This document shows, piece by piece, positions 37,401 to 48,848 of a stretch of DNA of 64,000 bases (position 1 is its first letter; each line of letters begins with the position of its first letter). Where the stretch lies: assembly GCF_024521635.1 (NCBI RefSeq), contig NW_026250419.1:496001-560000 (forward strand), given 5' to 3'. The notes beneath the pieces are model-generated. The model saw nothing but the letters and a program-made list of their open reading frames with translations, ran no database searches and was not told the origin of the DNA. The translations under genes were made by a program, and so were the position numbers. Origin of the DNA: Tricharina praecox (taxonomy: Eukaryota).

Positions 37401-40171
37401 AACTCCTTGCCCAACACTTGTTTTCCGGTTTCATGTGGGCGATTGCCGATTCTGTGCCTGACTCCAAATTGAGGGATCTCCAAACAACAGTGGATGTCGT
37501 CAACCTATCCGAGGAGGATCCAATGTCGTCGGCAAGCTTTAGGAACGACGATCTTTCCAGACTTCTGGATAGCATCGATAATCACACCCTTGGGACTGTG
37601 CTGGATTTGTTGATGTGCATTGTTCCTCCTCTCAGCCATGCCAGAAAGCTCCCAGACGAGGCATTGGTCTCTTTCGTACGAAAGAAAACATACCATCTTG
37701 AAGTTCTTGGTCAATGGGATAAAGTTATTCCACTTTATGTTTCCCTTCTGGACATCTGTGTTAGATTCGGCGAAGATAGCACCATTTGTCAGAAGGCAAC
37801 CCTTGCCGCGGTAGAGGTATATAGAAATATCAGCAGTACATGCCGCCTTTGGGAGAGACAATACCGGGAAGGAATGGCGGTAGATGGACTCAGAAACCAG
37901 CGGGACACGTTACAACAAAGATTGAAGGTAGTGGATGGCACCCTAATGTTCGCTTTCGCCCGATTCTTTTCCTCTAAGCAGGGTCCACCAGCAAAATTCG
38001 ACGAACTTAAGCCACAGCACTGGAAGATCGACAAAACGAAGATTGACCCCCGCGAAATCCACGAATTCTTCGGGTACTCACCATTCTTCAAGGACTTGCG
38101 CTCCGTTTCGGTTGGCCATGTTGAGGAGTTTGTAAAGCAAATACGGCCCAACTTGGACCAAAGAGACATATATGGAAGGTCGTTCCTTCATTACGCCGTG
38201 ATCCAGGGGACGGAGCAAATGGTCAGAGGGGTCATATCTGCCGGCCTGACGCCACAAGTGGAAGACATTGCTGGTTTTACGCCTCTGCACTACGCCGCAT
38301 TGGAGGGTTCTGGAACGTCCACCTCCATACTGCTTGAGTACGTAGCCGATGTCGACCACAGAGCCCGAGATGGAACTTCACCGCTTCATTTGGCCGCAAA
38401 CGAGAAAGTGGCTACACAACTCATTCAGAGAGGAGCCAATGTCGAACTCCAAGACAACATGCGAAGAGTTCCCTTACACTATGCCGCCTTCATGGGCCGT
38501 GAGAAAGTGGTTAAGCTTCTGATTGAGAATCGCGCGTTTCTGAACGTGCGTGACGATTACGGCAGGACGGCCCTCCATCTGGCGATGATTTCGGGTAACG
38601 AGGGGACCATGATGGCTTTGCTCCGCAGCGTCTCTGTCACAGAAGCTTTGGATATTGTCGACCGCGACGGAAGAAACTTCTTGCATCTCGTGGCCATTCA
38701 AGGCCTTGGAAAAAAGGCTCTATGGCTAGGGGAGCAACTCAAATCTGGCTTAGGTTCCCCCAAGCAGCCAGGGTTACTTTCGGCCCAATCCGTCCAGCCA
38801 AAAACATCCCCCGACCATCCAAGCTCGTCTCCCGACAATTCGGAACAACTGAAGTCCGCCATAAGCACGAGGGACCGCGATGGAAGAACACCGCTACACT
38901 TAGCCGTACTGAAGGGCCACAAGGAGCTGGTAAAGATGTTCTTGGAGTGGGGTGCTGATCCGAACGCGAAAGACAGCTCGCAAGGCACTGCAATCCATTT
39001 TGCTGCCCACTATGATCGCCATGAAATGATCGGGCTGCTGGTTGACAAAGGTGGTAAGATTGAAGAGCGGTACAAAGGCACTGCTCTAGGCAAGGACCAC
39101 CATGTAAAGGAGAGAGCAACTATCAACGACAGCAGCCGTGAGGCTACAGCCACGCAGATGCTGTCAGACCACACATACGGCGAGGAAGAGGAAGGATCGA
39201 CCCCGCTTCTCATCGCCGCTGCGAGAGGCAACACCGGTACCATGCGAGCCCTTTTGAAACATCACGCAAATCTCTCGGCGTCGGATGACAAATGGTCAGC
39301 ATTGGCCTTTGCATGTTCTTTCGGTCATGTGGAAGCAGTGAAGTTCTTGCTGGAGCAGGGAATCGAAGTCGACAGTCGCGATCTCATGCGCGATACACCA
39401 CTCCATAACGCCGCGAGCGGGGGTCATGATTCGGTGATACGACTGCTACTGGAGAAGGGCGCAGAAATCCAGGCAGGAAACAATGGTTTGGAAACTCCGC
39501 TGCATATGGCCTGTCTACACGCGAAGGAAGTATCAACAGTTCGGATATTACTGGAGCACGGTGCCGACCCAAACGCACATTCCTTGGGAACTCAGTGCAC
39601 CACACCTCTCCACATTGCTGCCCAAAACGATAGCACCGAGATCGTACGGCTCCTGTTGGAAAAAGGCGCCGATCCTAACGCGAAGACGGAAATGATTGGA
39701 TGGGATGCTCTGAGGCTAGCACAATCGGTCGAGGTTTGCGAAATCCTAATAGTAGCCGGTGCCGACGTGAAGGCTATCTCGAACAGTGGCTTTACTCAGC
39801 TGGCTCAATCCGCCGGCAACCTCGGAAAAACAAAGCTTCTAGCGGACCATGGCGTTGACTTCACGCGTACCGGGGGCCCCGGCAATAAAGGCCCCATCAG
39901 CTGGGCGGTTGCCGCGAACGACTTCTACATGGCTCGGCTCGCGATCGAGGCAGGCGATGACATCAATCGAAAAGACACCGAGACCGGGGGCACGCCTCTT
40001 CATGCTGCTGTCCAACGAAAGTTGTTTGGTATGATCAAGTTTTTGATCAAGAATGGGGCCGATAAGAACGTGAAGAATGACAACGGCGAAACGCCTTGGG
40101 ACTTGATCCGCACCGCCGTTTTTCTGGGCAAGCATGGCTGGTCTGATGATATCATCCGACTATTGCGGTAG
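34499..40171 (+). CDS. Large multi-exon protein: signal peptide + N-terminal multi-TM region + long C-terminal ankyrin-repeat array
   Basis: N-terminal DDFSNNLFSDIAPLLALFGE...IVFAMVPLGIITAVVGALRIGGPAWLRAIIGRARE...AEVELMSSTS..VCELWNG is typical of a fungal TM-ankyrin family. About 15 ankyrin repeats (GRTPLHLA, TPLHNAA, TPLHIAA) lie in 38160-40110. Checked junctions (e.g. 35233-35423) keep frame. Confidence 0.82.
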
Positions 40172-40500
40172 AAGGTTTTTGGTATGTCTTCCTCATGATC
40201 GCTTTATAGGTTGTGATGCGGCCAAGACTCTTACGAAAAACCAGGTGGTAGGAGCTTTGCAGGGCGAGGTTTCATGGGGGGTTTTTGGTTCGTGAACGTG
40301 AGGGTGTATACGGTAATGGGGTGTATACGGGACTATGTACGCAATATCTGGGACTTAAGCGTTTGGTTAATTTGGATAGGGAAGATGGCGTGGATACAGA
40401 TACAGGTTGATTGATGGTAACTGTCTATGGTTCAAGTGCTTGTATATACGAAATATGTACATACAAAATGACGCAAACAAAAACAACCATCATAAGAAGC

Positions 40501-40887
40501 CTAAGTACCGCTTCCGTACCACTCCTCCAACTTCTTCCAAAGCTTCGGCACCTCGACTATCCCAGCTAGCGAGGAAATACACTGGCGCAGCTGCGATTCC
40601 AGCCCGGACATGATGATGCGTCTCGCCAGCGCGCGGCGGTACGACAACTCGCGGTCGCGGTCGCGGGCGGCGATGATAGTACCAGTAGAGTCTCGCGGCA
40701 CTGACTCGGGCCCGAACACGACGTCGTAGACGCCGTAGTGCAGCAGCAAGCCACTCATATTGGTTACCCAGGTCTGGTAATTGCTGCCGTCGCTGAGGAG
40801 CTGGAATTCTGGGGCCATGTATGCGAAGTTGTTCGGGAGGAGGGATCGGGAGGGGGTCAGCGGCGTGATAGCGGGGGGTCTCGTCAT
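40501..40887 (-). CDS. 128-aa Ty1/copia Gag N-terminal-like protein, copy 1
   Basis: LLSDGSNYQTWVTNMSGLLLHYGVYDVVFG...LARRIIMSGL...PKLWKKLEEWY fits the copia Gag N-terminal pattern (L.G.NY..W...M...L...G....V.G ... A...I...L ... LW..L...Y). Confidence 0.7.
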   Translation of the reverse strand: MTRPPAITPLTPSRSLLPNNFAYMAPEFQLLSDGSNYQTWVTNMSGLLLHYGVYDVVFGPESVPRDSTGTIIAARDRDRELSYRRALARRIIMSGLESQLRQCISSLAGIVEVPKLWKKLEEWYGSGT

Positions 40888-41282
40888 GGTGCTGTGGTCA
40901 GAAGGGTATTTGCTTGTGTATGTGTATGTGTATGTGTATGTGTAGTTTTTCACTCGTCTGGGTGTGGATCGCTTGGTAGATACTTGGGTGGGGAGAGGAG
41001 GGGTGATGGAGAGAAGGTCGCTATATGTTAGCGGTTTGCGAGGATTCAAGTGATGTAGTGACGACGTGGATTGAATCTGAATCTGAATCGAACGGGACCT
41101 CTGCCTCTCCCTTTGCCTCTGCCTCTGCGGCGAACATGGAATGGATGGAGATTTGGAACGTTTGGTTGCTTTTGACGGGGAATATGGCGAGGGTATAGAT
41201 ACAGGTTGATTGACGGCAACTATCTATGGTTCAAGTGCTTGTATATAAATGACGCAAAAAAACAACAACCATCACAAGAAGC

Positions 41283-41660
41283 CTAAGTACCGTCTCCAAA
41301 CCACTCTTCCAACTTCCCCCAAAGCTTCGGCACCTCGACTATCCCAGCCAGCGAGGAAATACACCGACGCAGTTGCAGTTCCAGCCCGGACATGATTATG
41401 CGTCTCGCCAGCGCGCGGCGGTACGACAGCTCGCGGTCGCCAGTACTAGTAGTATCTCTCGGCGCCGACTCGGACCCGGACCCGAAAACAACGTCGTAGA
41501 CGCCGTAGTGCAGCAGCAACGCGCGTATATCGATTTCCCACATGCGGTAGTTGCTGCCGTCGCTGAGGAGCTGCATTTCTGGGGCCGTGAGGGCGAAGTT
41601 GTCCGGGAGCAGGGAGCGGGAGGGGAGCGGCGGCGGCGTGATAGCGCGGTATTTCGTCAT
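41283..41660 (-). CDS. 125-aa Ty1/copia Gag N-terminal-like protein, copy 2
   Basis: Paralog of 40501-40887 (LLSDGSNYRMWEIDIRALLLHYGVYDVVFG...PKLWGKLEEWFGDGT) with the same start and stop positions. Confidence 0.7.
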   Translation of the reverse strand: MTKYRAITPPPLPSRSLLPDNFALTAPEMQLLSDGSNYRMWEIDIRALLLHYGVYDVVFGSGSESAPRDTTSTGDRELSYRRALARRIIMSGLELQLRRCISSLAGIVEVPKLWGKLEEWFGDGT

Positions 41661-43756
41661 GGTGCTGTGGTCAGTTGGGTACTTGCTTGTGTATGTGTAT
41701 GTGTAGTTTGTCACTCGTCTGGGTGTGGGTCTGTTGGTAAATACTTGGGTGGGGGTGAAAGGGTGAAGGGAGAAGGTCGCTATATTATGAGGGTTTCCGA
41801 GGATTCAAGTGAAGCAGCGACGGCGAGGATTGAATCTAAATCGAACGGCTCTGGACCGAACGGGATCTCTGCCTGTGCCTCTGCGGCGAACATGGAATGG
41901 ATGGATGGATGCCGGTCAAATTGAATGAGCATCGATATCGAGTTGGCCACGCATGTGGACTACCACGACATCTGGAAGTATTTTTGCCCATATGTGCACG
42001 AGTCGGAGAAGATGCCGATCGTCTTTGTACATACGGTGCGGCACCGTAAACTGGACCCGCCCGTGATGGAGCACCGTATATACGGCATGCCGTCGAGAGC
42101 TACGTGATTTGCCTAGACGTCATGCCTGATTCCCTGCCGTGAGTCGTGACACTGCATGCAACGTTGTTTGACATGTGTTTCTCAAAAGGCTACACATGCG
42201 CAGGTCCGAACCTTAATTCCGCCATGCCACGCCGTCATGCCACGCCGCCATGCCGCAAAGTTACATACAGACCAAGTCCGAGCACGTGACATGGTCTTGC
42301 CAAGCCTCACAACAAACCTCCATCACGTGCCCTTAGCCGCCGCTGGAGCCACACACCACGCCACACCCGACAATCGTAGCAATGAGTTGACATGTACCGG
42401 GGCCATGGCCAGGGACCTGATAATGATCAGCGGAACTCCTACATCGGATTCAAAGAGTTGTAGGGGCTAAAAGTAAGGTTTGAGGTAGTGGTGGGAGGGC
42501 TGTTTGGAAGGAGAGAGGAGCAAAAACATTGTTCGAAATTGGACATCTGGGTGGAATGTGTAACTTCTGTCACTATTGCAACTAGCATGATGGAATATAG
42601 CCTTTAATAGCATGCAAAGAGAAATTCCATCTACCAAGAATCCCAGTCCGTGGTGTGGTTAGTGGGAACGGAGGGGCAAAGAGTGACCGTTTATGAGGCC
42701 ATTTTGGCACTCAGCGGTGCTATATGATCGAAGGGATACATGTTATGTATCCCCTGTGTCGTGCTTTTTAGAGAATGCTGGGCGGCTATATGGAATCGTA
42801 CTGCGCATCGAGAAACAAGCGCTCCTGCTGAAACACAGGCTCGGAATTAACCATTTGCATTTCCGTGATCTCTCGTGGGGAGCTCGGGGAAAGAGTGGGG
42901 AGGATGCATAGAATCTCCTTCCACTCTATATCCGTTCGCAAAGATTACGAAGACTGCCCGGTTACTATCTCAGGTACAAGCCGGTAGGTATCTCAGATCC
43001 AGACCATCGGGCTACAAAGACGGCGGTCGAAAGGTGGAGATCGGGTGCTCCCCACTTCTGAGACAGGGATGGGACGACTTTCGGCCCCGCAGTTCACAAT
43101 TCGCAATCGGATGGTTTCCTCGGAAGATTTAGCTTGCGCTCCAAGCAGAATAAGTATAGTAGTACTGTTCCGGTAAACTACTAATGATATATCTATACCC
43201 AGGCGACGAACGCCTCCAGGGAGCAGTAGTCGGTGGTTTATTTGGTAGGCTGCAGCATCTCTCCACCGGCAAACATCCTTTTTATTATAGCAGAGCGCAT
43301 TGCATCTCTACATCTCCCCCCCTCACCAAATAGCAACTCACTCTAATTTGTGCCACCAAATAAACTACCGGCTACTGCTCCCTGGAGGAGTTCGTCGCCT
43401 GGGTATATATCATTGGTAGTTTACCGGAACAGTACTACGGTGCTACATAGGTGGAGGGCATCCTGTCTGTATGTACCATCACTCTCTTGCATGACCCCTT
43501 ACGCCTCGATTACGCGACAGCTGCACATCTGACCTATTGATATGATCTACATACACAGGTCGCAAGAAATTACTGATTTCATAAACTAAAAAAATGCACA
43601 TCGGACTGAAGCTTGTCGAAAATCATGCTTTAAAATCGTCAATCGCATCTTGATGAACACCCAAATGGTATCCTCGTCGTAAACAACCCTCCAGTTTCCC
43701 CATGAGATCATGGTTCCATACTAATCAGATCATCTCATGCAGAACTGCAGAAGTCG

Positions 43757-44174
43757 CTACTCTAGTTTTTCCGCCGCCTTTCCGTTCTCCCTGGTCGCAT
43801 CCCAGCGCTTGAACTCGTGTTGAATGCTTCCTTCAACCAACGTCGCATAGACCTCTCCCGCCAATTCCTCGGGGAAGTCCACCTTGTTGGCCGTGGCCTT
43901 GACCTTGGAGATGACGTCGTCGACGCGCCACTGATCGCGAACCACATCGCGCGACGGCTTGATGCGCGCAGCCGCCTCAATGTACCGCATACGCTGGCCT
44001 AGAGATGCGCGGCGCGGTTAGCTCCCGACGGACAGTAGCAGGGGGTGCAAGAAGGGTCGACCAACCTAGAAGCGTGACGATCTGGCGGTCCAGGTCGTCG
44101 ATGGCGGTGCGGACGTGCGCCATGGACGTCGCGTTCTCGGCGGAGGGGTAGGAAGCTCCGGTGCTTGAGGACAT
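43757..44174 (-). CDS. Small bacterial-type chorismate mutase / isochorismate-pyruvate lyase (AroQ/PchB, CM_2 fold); intron 43999-44065
   Basis: The spliced product SMAHVRTAIDDLDRQIVTLLGQRMRYIEAAARIKPSRDVVRDQWRVDDVI has the AroQ R..ID..D..I..LL..R......A..K.....V.D..R pattern. The intron has GT...GCTAAC...TAG and joins in frame. An alternative start is 44228. Confidence 0.85.
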
Positions 44175-45786
44175 CTTGATCGCGGGAATGTCGGTGGAGG
44201 GAATGATGGTGTTGGTGCTGGGGCTCATGGTGCGGGAGTCGTTGAAGGATGTGGGTAGGAGTTCTGATGGAATTCAGGTGTGGAGGATGCTCTATCAAGC
44301 GTGGAGTGGAGGGTCAAGAGGGAGCTTTTATCGTGCAGGAGGCATCAAACGTCGAGACTCGGGACGGCAAGTTGTGCGCTCCCCACAAACGCAAAGTTTA
44401 GACAAGCGGACCCCTGCAGATGGCGCCTAACCGCATGAAGCGTGAAGTATGCTAGCTGCACAAGCGGATTGTTGGATAATCCGGATGCATTCGTTCGTAC
44501 ATGAAGAATGCATTTTGCGTCTTTCATATGGTGAGTCTTCCGTGTCCCTGCGGCCCGGTTTCGGGCCTCACGAGAAGTCGGGACGTTAGGCGAAGCCAGT
44601 CTGATTTTGACCCGGCGCTAGTCGGAGCTGTTCCAACCCCACCGCTAGATATCACAAGCGCTGCTCGGGACGACAAGTACGGTACATGTGAGGCATGCAC
44701 CCATCACAACGCCGGAAGCGAGACTGTTAGACGTCGTGTGCGATCGTCGATGACACACTGCGGTGTCACTATTAAAACGGTGTAACTTCCCTTTGTCTCC
44801 GACTCTCGAGTCTCCGCTCGTCTCCGCTTGTACATCCCGAAGCCAACAGGTAAACCTTATCTCCTTCCTTCATTCCGACACAACCCCGCTTTGTAGCTTC
44901 CCCGAAGCTCTCCTGGCTTGCACCTGTCTATCCATTCCTCCGACTCTCTGACCATCTGTTCTCAGTAGCAGTCGAGGTATTCCTGCAGGGTGCAAAAATT
45001 CCTCGGCCGAAGACGTTCGTCGGGAATAAAACATTGACATGTGAGGCGGATTATATTTGGATCGGAGCTCTCACGATTATAGCGATCCCACCAACCGCCG
45101 TATTACTATATGAGAGAACTGGGGCTCGGAGAAGTACTTTCAAATGCGCGGCAGCGCTACGGACAGAGGTGGGTTGTATGGTCCCCCGCACAGCACGAAG
45201 AACAGTGGGAGAAGGCCCACTTTGTCCTTAACCCTATAGAAGGTGATATATGGAGGTATGTCTAGTATACTACCGGTTCTTTGATCCCCGAGTTCCCAAT
45301 GTCATAGCATTGTTTAATATTAGCCGTTTGGCTTGTGTATGGCTATTTGATCGCTTTCGACCGCTGTCGCGGTTGCTGCTGCGTGCGATCCCCGGAGCTG
45401 GAGTAGTGTGCATATCTGGTGACGGACGAGCGAACTTGTCACCGGAACCGGCTCAGGAATATAAAGGGTATTTAATGACGGATCTTGAGCCAGATGAGAC
45501 TGCAGGGTTTGTGGCTGGTATGAGTTGCGGTGGCTGAAGGGATGTACATGTTCAAAAGTCGAATCACATGATATCACCCAGTCTCCCCATTGAATCGGCA
45601 CATTTCCTGCTCATGGGTCCGGTAGAAACGCAATCAACTCGGACCTCATACTATGTATCATCATGGCCGCCTCCTGAAGTTTTAGATAAAACCCCTCACC
45701 CTCCCCGACAGGAATTACCGAACGCCAATTACCACTGCAACCCGTCGGATTGCCCATCATATATCGCTCTGCAAAGCCAACAAACA

Positions 45787-46311
45787 ATGGCAGCCGAAAA
45801 GCAAGTCATTCCCACGGGGAATCTGAACTCCGATGCCGAGAATATACCACCTCCAACTAGCGACTGCTCGCAACAACCGGACTCATACCTCGACATAATC
45901 AACAGCCTGAACGAGACCATAATTGCACAAAAGATGGCAGCCGAAAAGCAAGAAATTCCCCCAGGGGATCTAAACTCCGATACGGAGAACATACCACCTC
46001 CACCCAGCGACTGCTCCCAAGTCCAACAACCGGCCTCATACCTCGACATAATCAACAACCTGAACGAGACCATAATTGCACAAAAAGAAGTGATCAGCTC
46101 TCTACGCGCTGCTTTAAAGGACCTCGAAGCACGCCACGATAGGTATGAAGCACTGATGAAGATAAAGTATCCAGAGGTGAGCGGGGCAGTGGTCGTAATG
46201 CGGAAGTGGTGGGAGGGAAAGAAGCGGAATCAGAAATACGTCTGGGACGAGGTGGTGGAGTGGGAAATGGGTAGCGAGCCGGAATCGTCAGTCGAATATA
46301 CAGATACATAG
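45787..46311 (+). CDS. Hypothetical protein with duplicated ~49-aa N-terminal unit and coiled coil
   Basis: MAAEKQ..P.G.LNSD.ENIPPP.SDCSQ..QP.SYLDIIN.LNETIIAQK occurs twice (45787-45932 and 45933-46085). The ORF is open from 45568. Confidence 0.55.
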   Translation: MAAEKQVIPTGNLNSDAENIPPPTSDCSQQPDSYLDIINSLNETIIAQKMAAEKQEIPPGDLNSDTENIPPPPSDCSQVQQPASYLDIINNLNETIIAQKEVISSLRAALKDLEARHDRYEALMKIKYPEVSGAVVVMRKWWEGKKRNQKYVWDEVVEWEMGSEPESSVEYTDT

Positions 46312-47021
46312 GAGTAGTTGTAATGCAATACCACCGTTTCCTAAGTCATGATTATCGGTTCGAAGTCAATCCTCGGCCGGCTGTGCTCGCTTTCTGTTGC
46401 CTGTGGTGTAAACCTCATTTTCAAACTCCGCGTAACAGGACCCGTAGGAACGGCGAGTTATATCCTGCTGATGAAATATCTGCCATTCGAGTCGAACGGT
46501 TTCACACTCATGCTGGGCCCTGCTACGTACTCTTCCAATCCATCGGTCAACCTACGCCGTCGGCGGAAACAGACGAGTGAGCGATGCTGATTCCTATCGC
46601 CTTCATGCCACCAGGCATGATGTGCTTTCCTCGCCTGGAGCCCAGTAATGAATCAAAAACCTCGCCTCCTCGCATTGCAGCCAGGAAGGCGATGTTTTAG
46701 AGGAAACCCGAAGGAAAAAAAACTCGACCACGTTTGGGGCGTTATGTCAGTCCGCTGTGCTCTTGCCACTGCTATGTGCTTGCTCTTTACTCTTGCCACT
46801 GCTGTTGTGCTTTGCTCATGCCTGTGCTTGAAGAGAGAAGATGGAAGGAGAGGGGGTGAGGGGGTTTTATAGCTATCGCCGCCGGCTAGCTTGGAGGTTG
46901 GAACGTGGGTCTTGCCCTTTGAAGGGTCGTTTGCTAGCTAGTGAGCGTTTCTCTCGACCTTTGAAGAATAACCCTAGTTAGGGCTTCTTCTTCTCCCACG
47001 CACATTCTAATTACCTTCCTT

Positions 47022-47219
47022 CCTTCTCTTCCTCTTTCTCTTCCTCTTTCTCTTCCTCTTTCTCTTCTTCTTCCTCTTCCTCTTCCTCTTCCTCTTCCTC
47101 TTCCTCTTCCTCTTCCTCTTCCTCTTCCTCTTCCTCTTCCTCTTCCTCTTCCTCTTCCTCTTCCTCTTCCTCTTCCTCTTCCTCTTCCTCTTCCTCTTCC
47201 TCTTCCTCTTCCTCTTCCT
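47022..47219. repeat. (TCTTCC)n hexamer microsatellite, ~200 bp
   Basis: Directly visible pure pyrimidine tract. Confidence 0.97.
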
Positions 47220-48087
47220 TACTACCACCACCACACCAACACCACTCGGTAATCTCCTTTCTACAAAGAAAGGAACCACCCGACCAGCACCAGGACGACA
47301 CTAACAGGACGACACCACCGGTGCGGATCGAAAAGAAGTACAACAACAATCGTCCATAATTCACATCATAGTTCTCAATACCTTGAATGTGACAACGTGG
47401 GCATGCAAACAAGAGGACGTTTGCGGTGGGAATCTGGGAGCCAACTGGACAACAACTTGCTCGGCGGATACTAAAAGATCAACAGCTTTTGTGGGGAGGG
47501 AGTGCGGACGAATGCGGGCTGCACAGAAGACAACAACCGGGATCACGTACCCGCGAATACGGCGGATCAACAAACCAGCAACTCGACTATCCGGCGGACA
47601 CCAAACGAACTCCCGAATATCAATGGACGTATATCAAAAATGCATCCTTCCATCACACCTCAGTATTCAATACTGAGGTTGTGATGGAAGCGAGCGTATG
47701 CAGACATGCCGGCATTCGGGGGATCTTATGTAGTATGTAGTAGGATCGTGGATAGAAATTATTCAGCCAATGACGGGTCATAAACCGAATATTATACCCA
47801 GCTCGCTGTAATTGCTCTTCCCTCTTTGCTGGCGATTCCTCCAACACCGTCGATAATCGACCCACCTTCAGTTTTGCTGGTACTCCCGCTCACTGACGCT
47901 TGGACAGTAAATACTTGCAACTCCGGATCCCAAGATCACCTCGGAGCTAGTGGAACCTCTGTATGTTCGGACAAACACCATTAGTATTACTACCGTAAAC
48001 AGCCTCGAGACTCTCCCGGAAATCCCCGTGTGCATCAGGTAGAGGCAGAGAGAAACGAAGAACGAAGAGTGTATACTCTAGTCGGTA

Positions 48088-48848
48088 TCAATCCACATTG
48101 TCTTCCCTGCTTACCCCGCAAGCCACAGGCACACATTCCTCGATCCCAACCTTTGCCCAGAGCCCATAATGATCACTAACCCAGTTCCTGCCACCCTTCC
48201 TCACGCTCTGCTCTCCCATCGGTGGAGTATACTCTAATCCTACCCCAATCCTCCTTAGCTTCCTCACATTACCGCCCTCGATCTTATGATCCGCAAACCT
48301 CAGCTCCCCAAGAAACAAGACCTTATCCAGCCTGGTCGGTGGAAACCTTCCAGGCGGCTGATAGCCCCAAGTATGGCCCTCTTCCGCATCCCAGTCCACT
48401 TCTAGATCCCACACATCCCTCAGCCCCACCACCGCCGGGAGCATCTCATCATCCGGCCTGATGGCATTCATGTCCCCCGCCACAAGCACCCGACAAAGTT
48501 CTCGCGAACCCAGCCGTCGCTGAGCACCGCGGCGAGGGCCTGCGCTGTGACTTCTTGTAGGAGCAGGATGGTGTGGCTTAGCAGTGCGGGAAGGACGGTG
48601 GAGAGGTGCGAGAGTGCCGCTTTCGTGCGCTCCGCGGAGTGATCCGCCATGAAATCGATGTTCCAGGTGATTACGTCGATCTCCGTTGATGCTGCGAGCG
48701 GAGGGACTGCATCGGTGTTCTGTGAGAGCGGCCGCCAGATGCCGGAGGTCCGCGCTGGCCAGAAGGCGGTGGCGGGCTTGTCGTAGATGTAGGAAATTGT
48801 GGGCTCCGGAGTGGGCGTGGGTGGGCGGGTCACGGTGGTGGGCAGCAC
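48088..48848 (-). pseudogene. Endonuclease/exonuclease/phosphatase (TDP2-like) pseudogene with central deletion and frameshift
   Basis: N-terminal ITWNIDF..LLQEV (48468..48848) abuts C-terminal VAGDMNAI, TWG, RLDKVL and SDHYGL (48088..48489) in a different frame, with no intron between. The expected central ~100 aa is absent and there is no clear ATG. Confidence 0.75.

Larger units (their letters stand above)
40360..41906. repeat. Tandem direct duplication of a ~0.78-kb unit (approx. 40360-41150 and 41159-41906)
   Basis: Shared flanks such as AGATACAGGTTGATTGA, CTATGGTTCAAGTGCTTGTATATA and CTCTGCGGCGAACATGGAATGGATGGA, plus paralogous ORFs. Confidence 0.93.

Noticed and set aside
40360..41906. 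LTR pair of a retrotransposon
   Set aside because: The repeats are directly adjacent, each contains the ORF, and no TG...CA ends, PBS, PPT or pol were found.
47007..47412. Poly-Glu and poly-Lys/Arg ORFs
   Set aside because: These are translations of the (TCTTCC)n microsatellite, with no other coding evidence.
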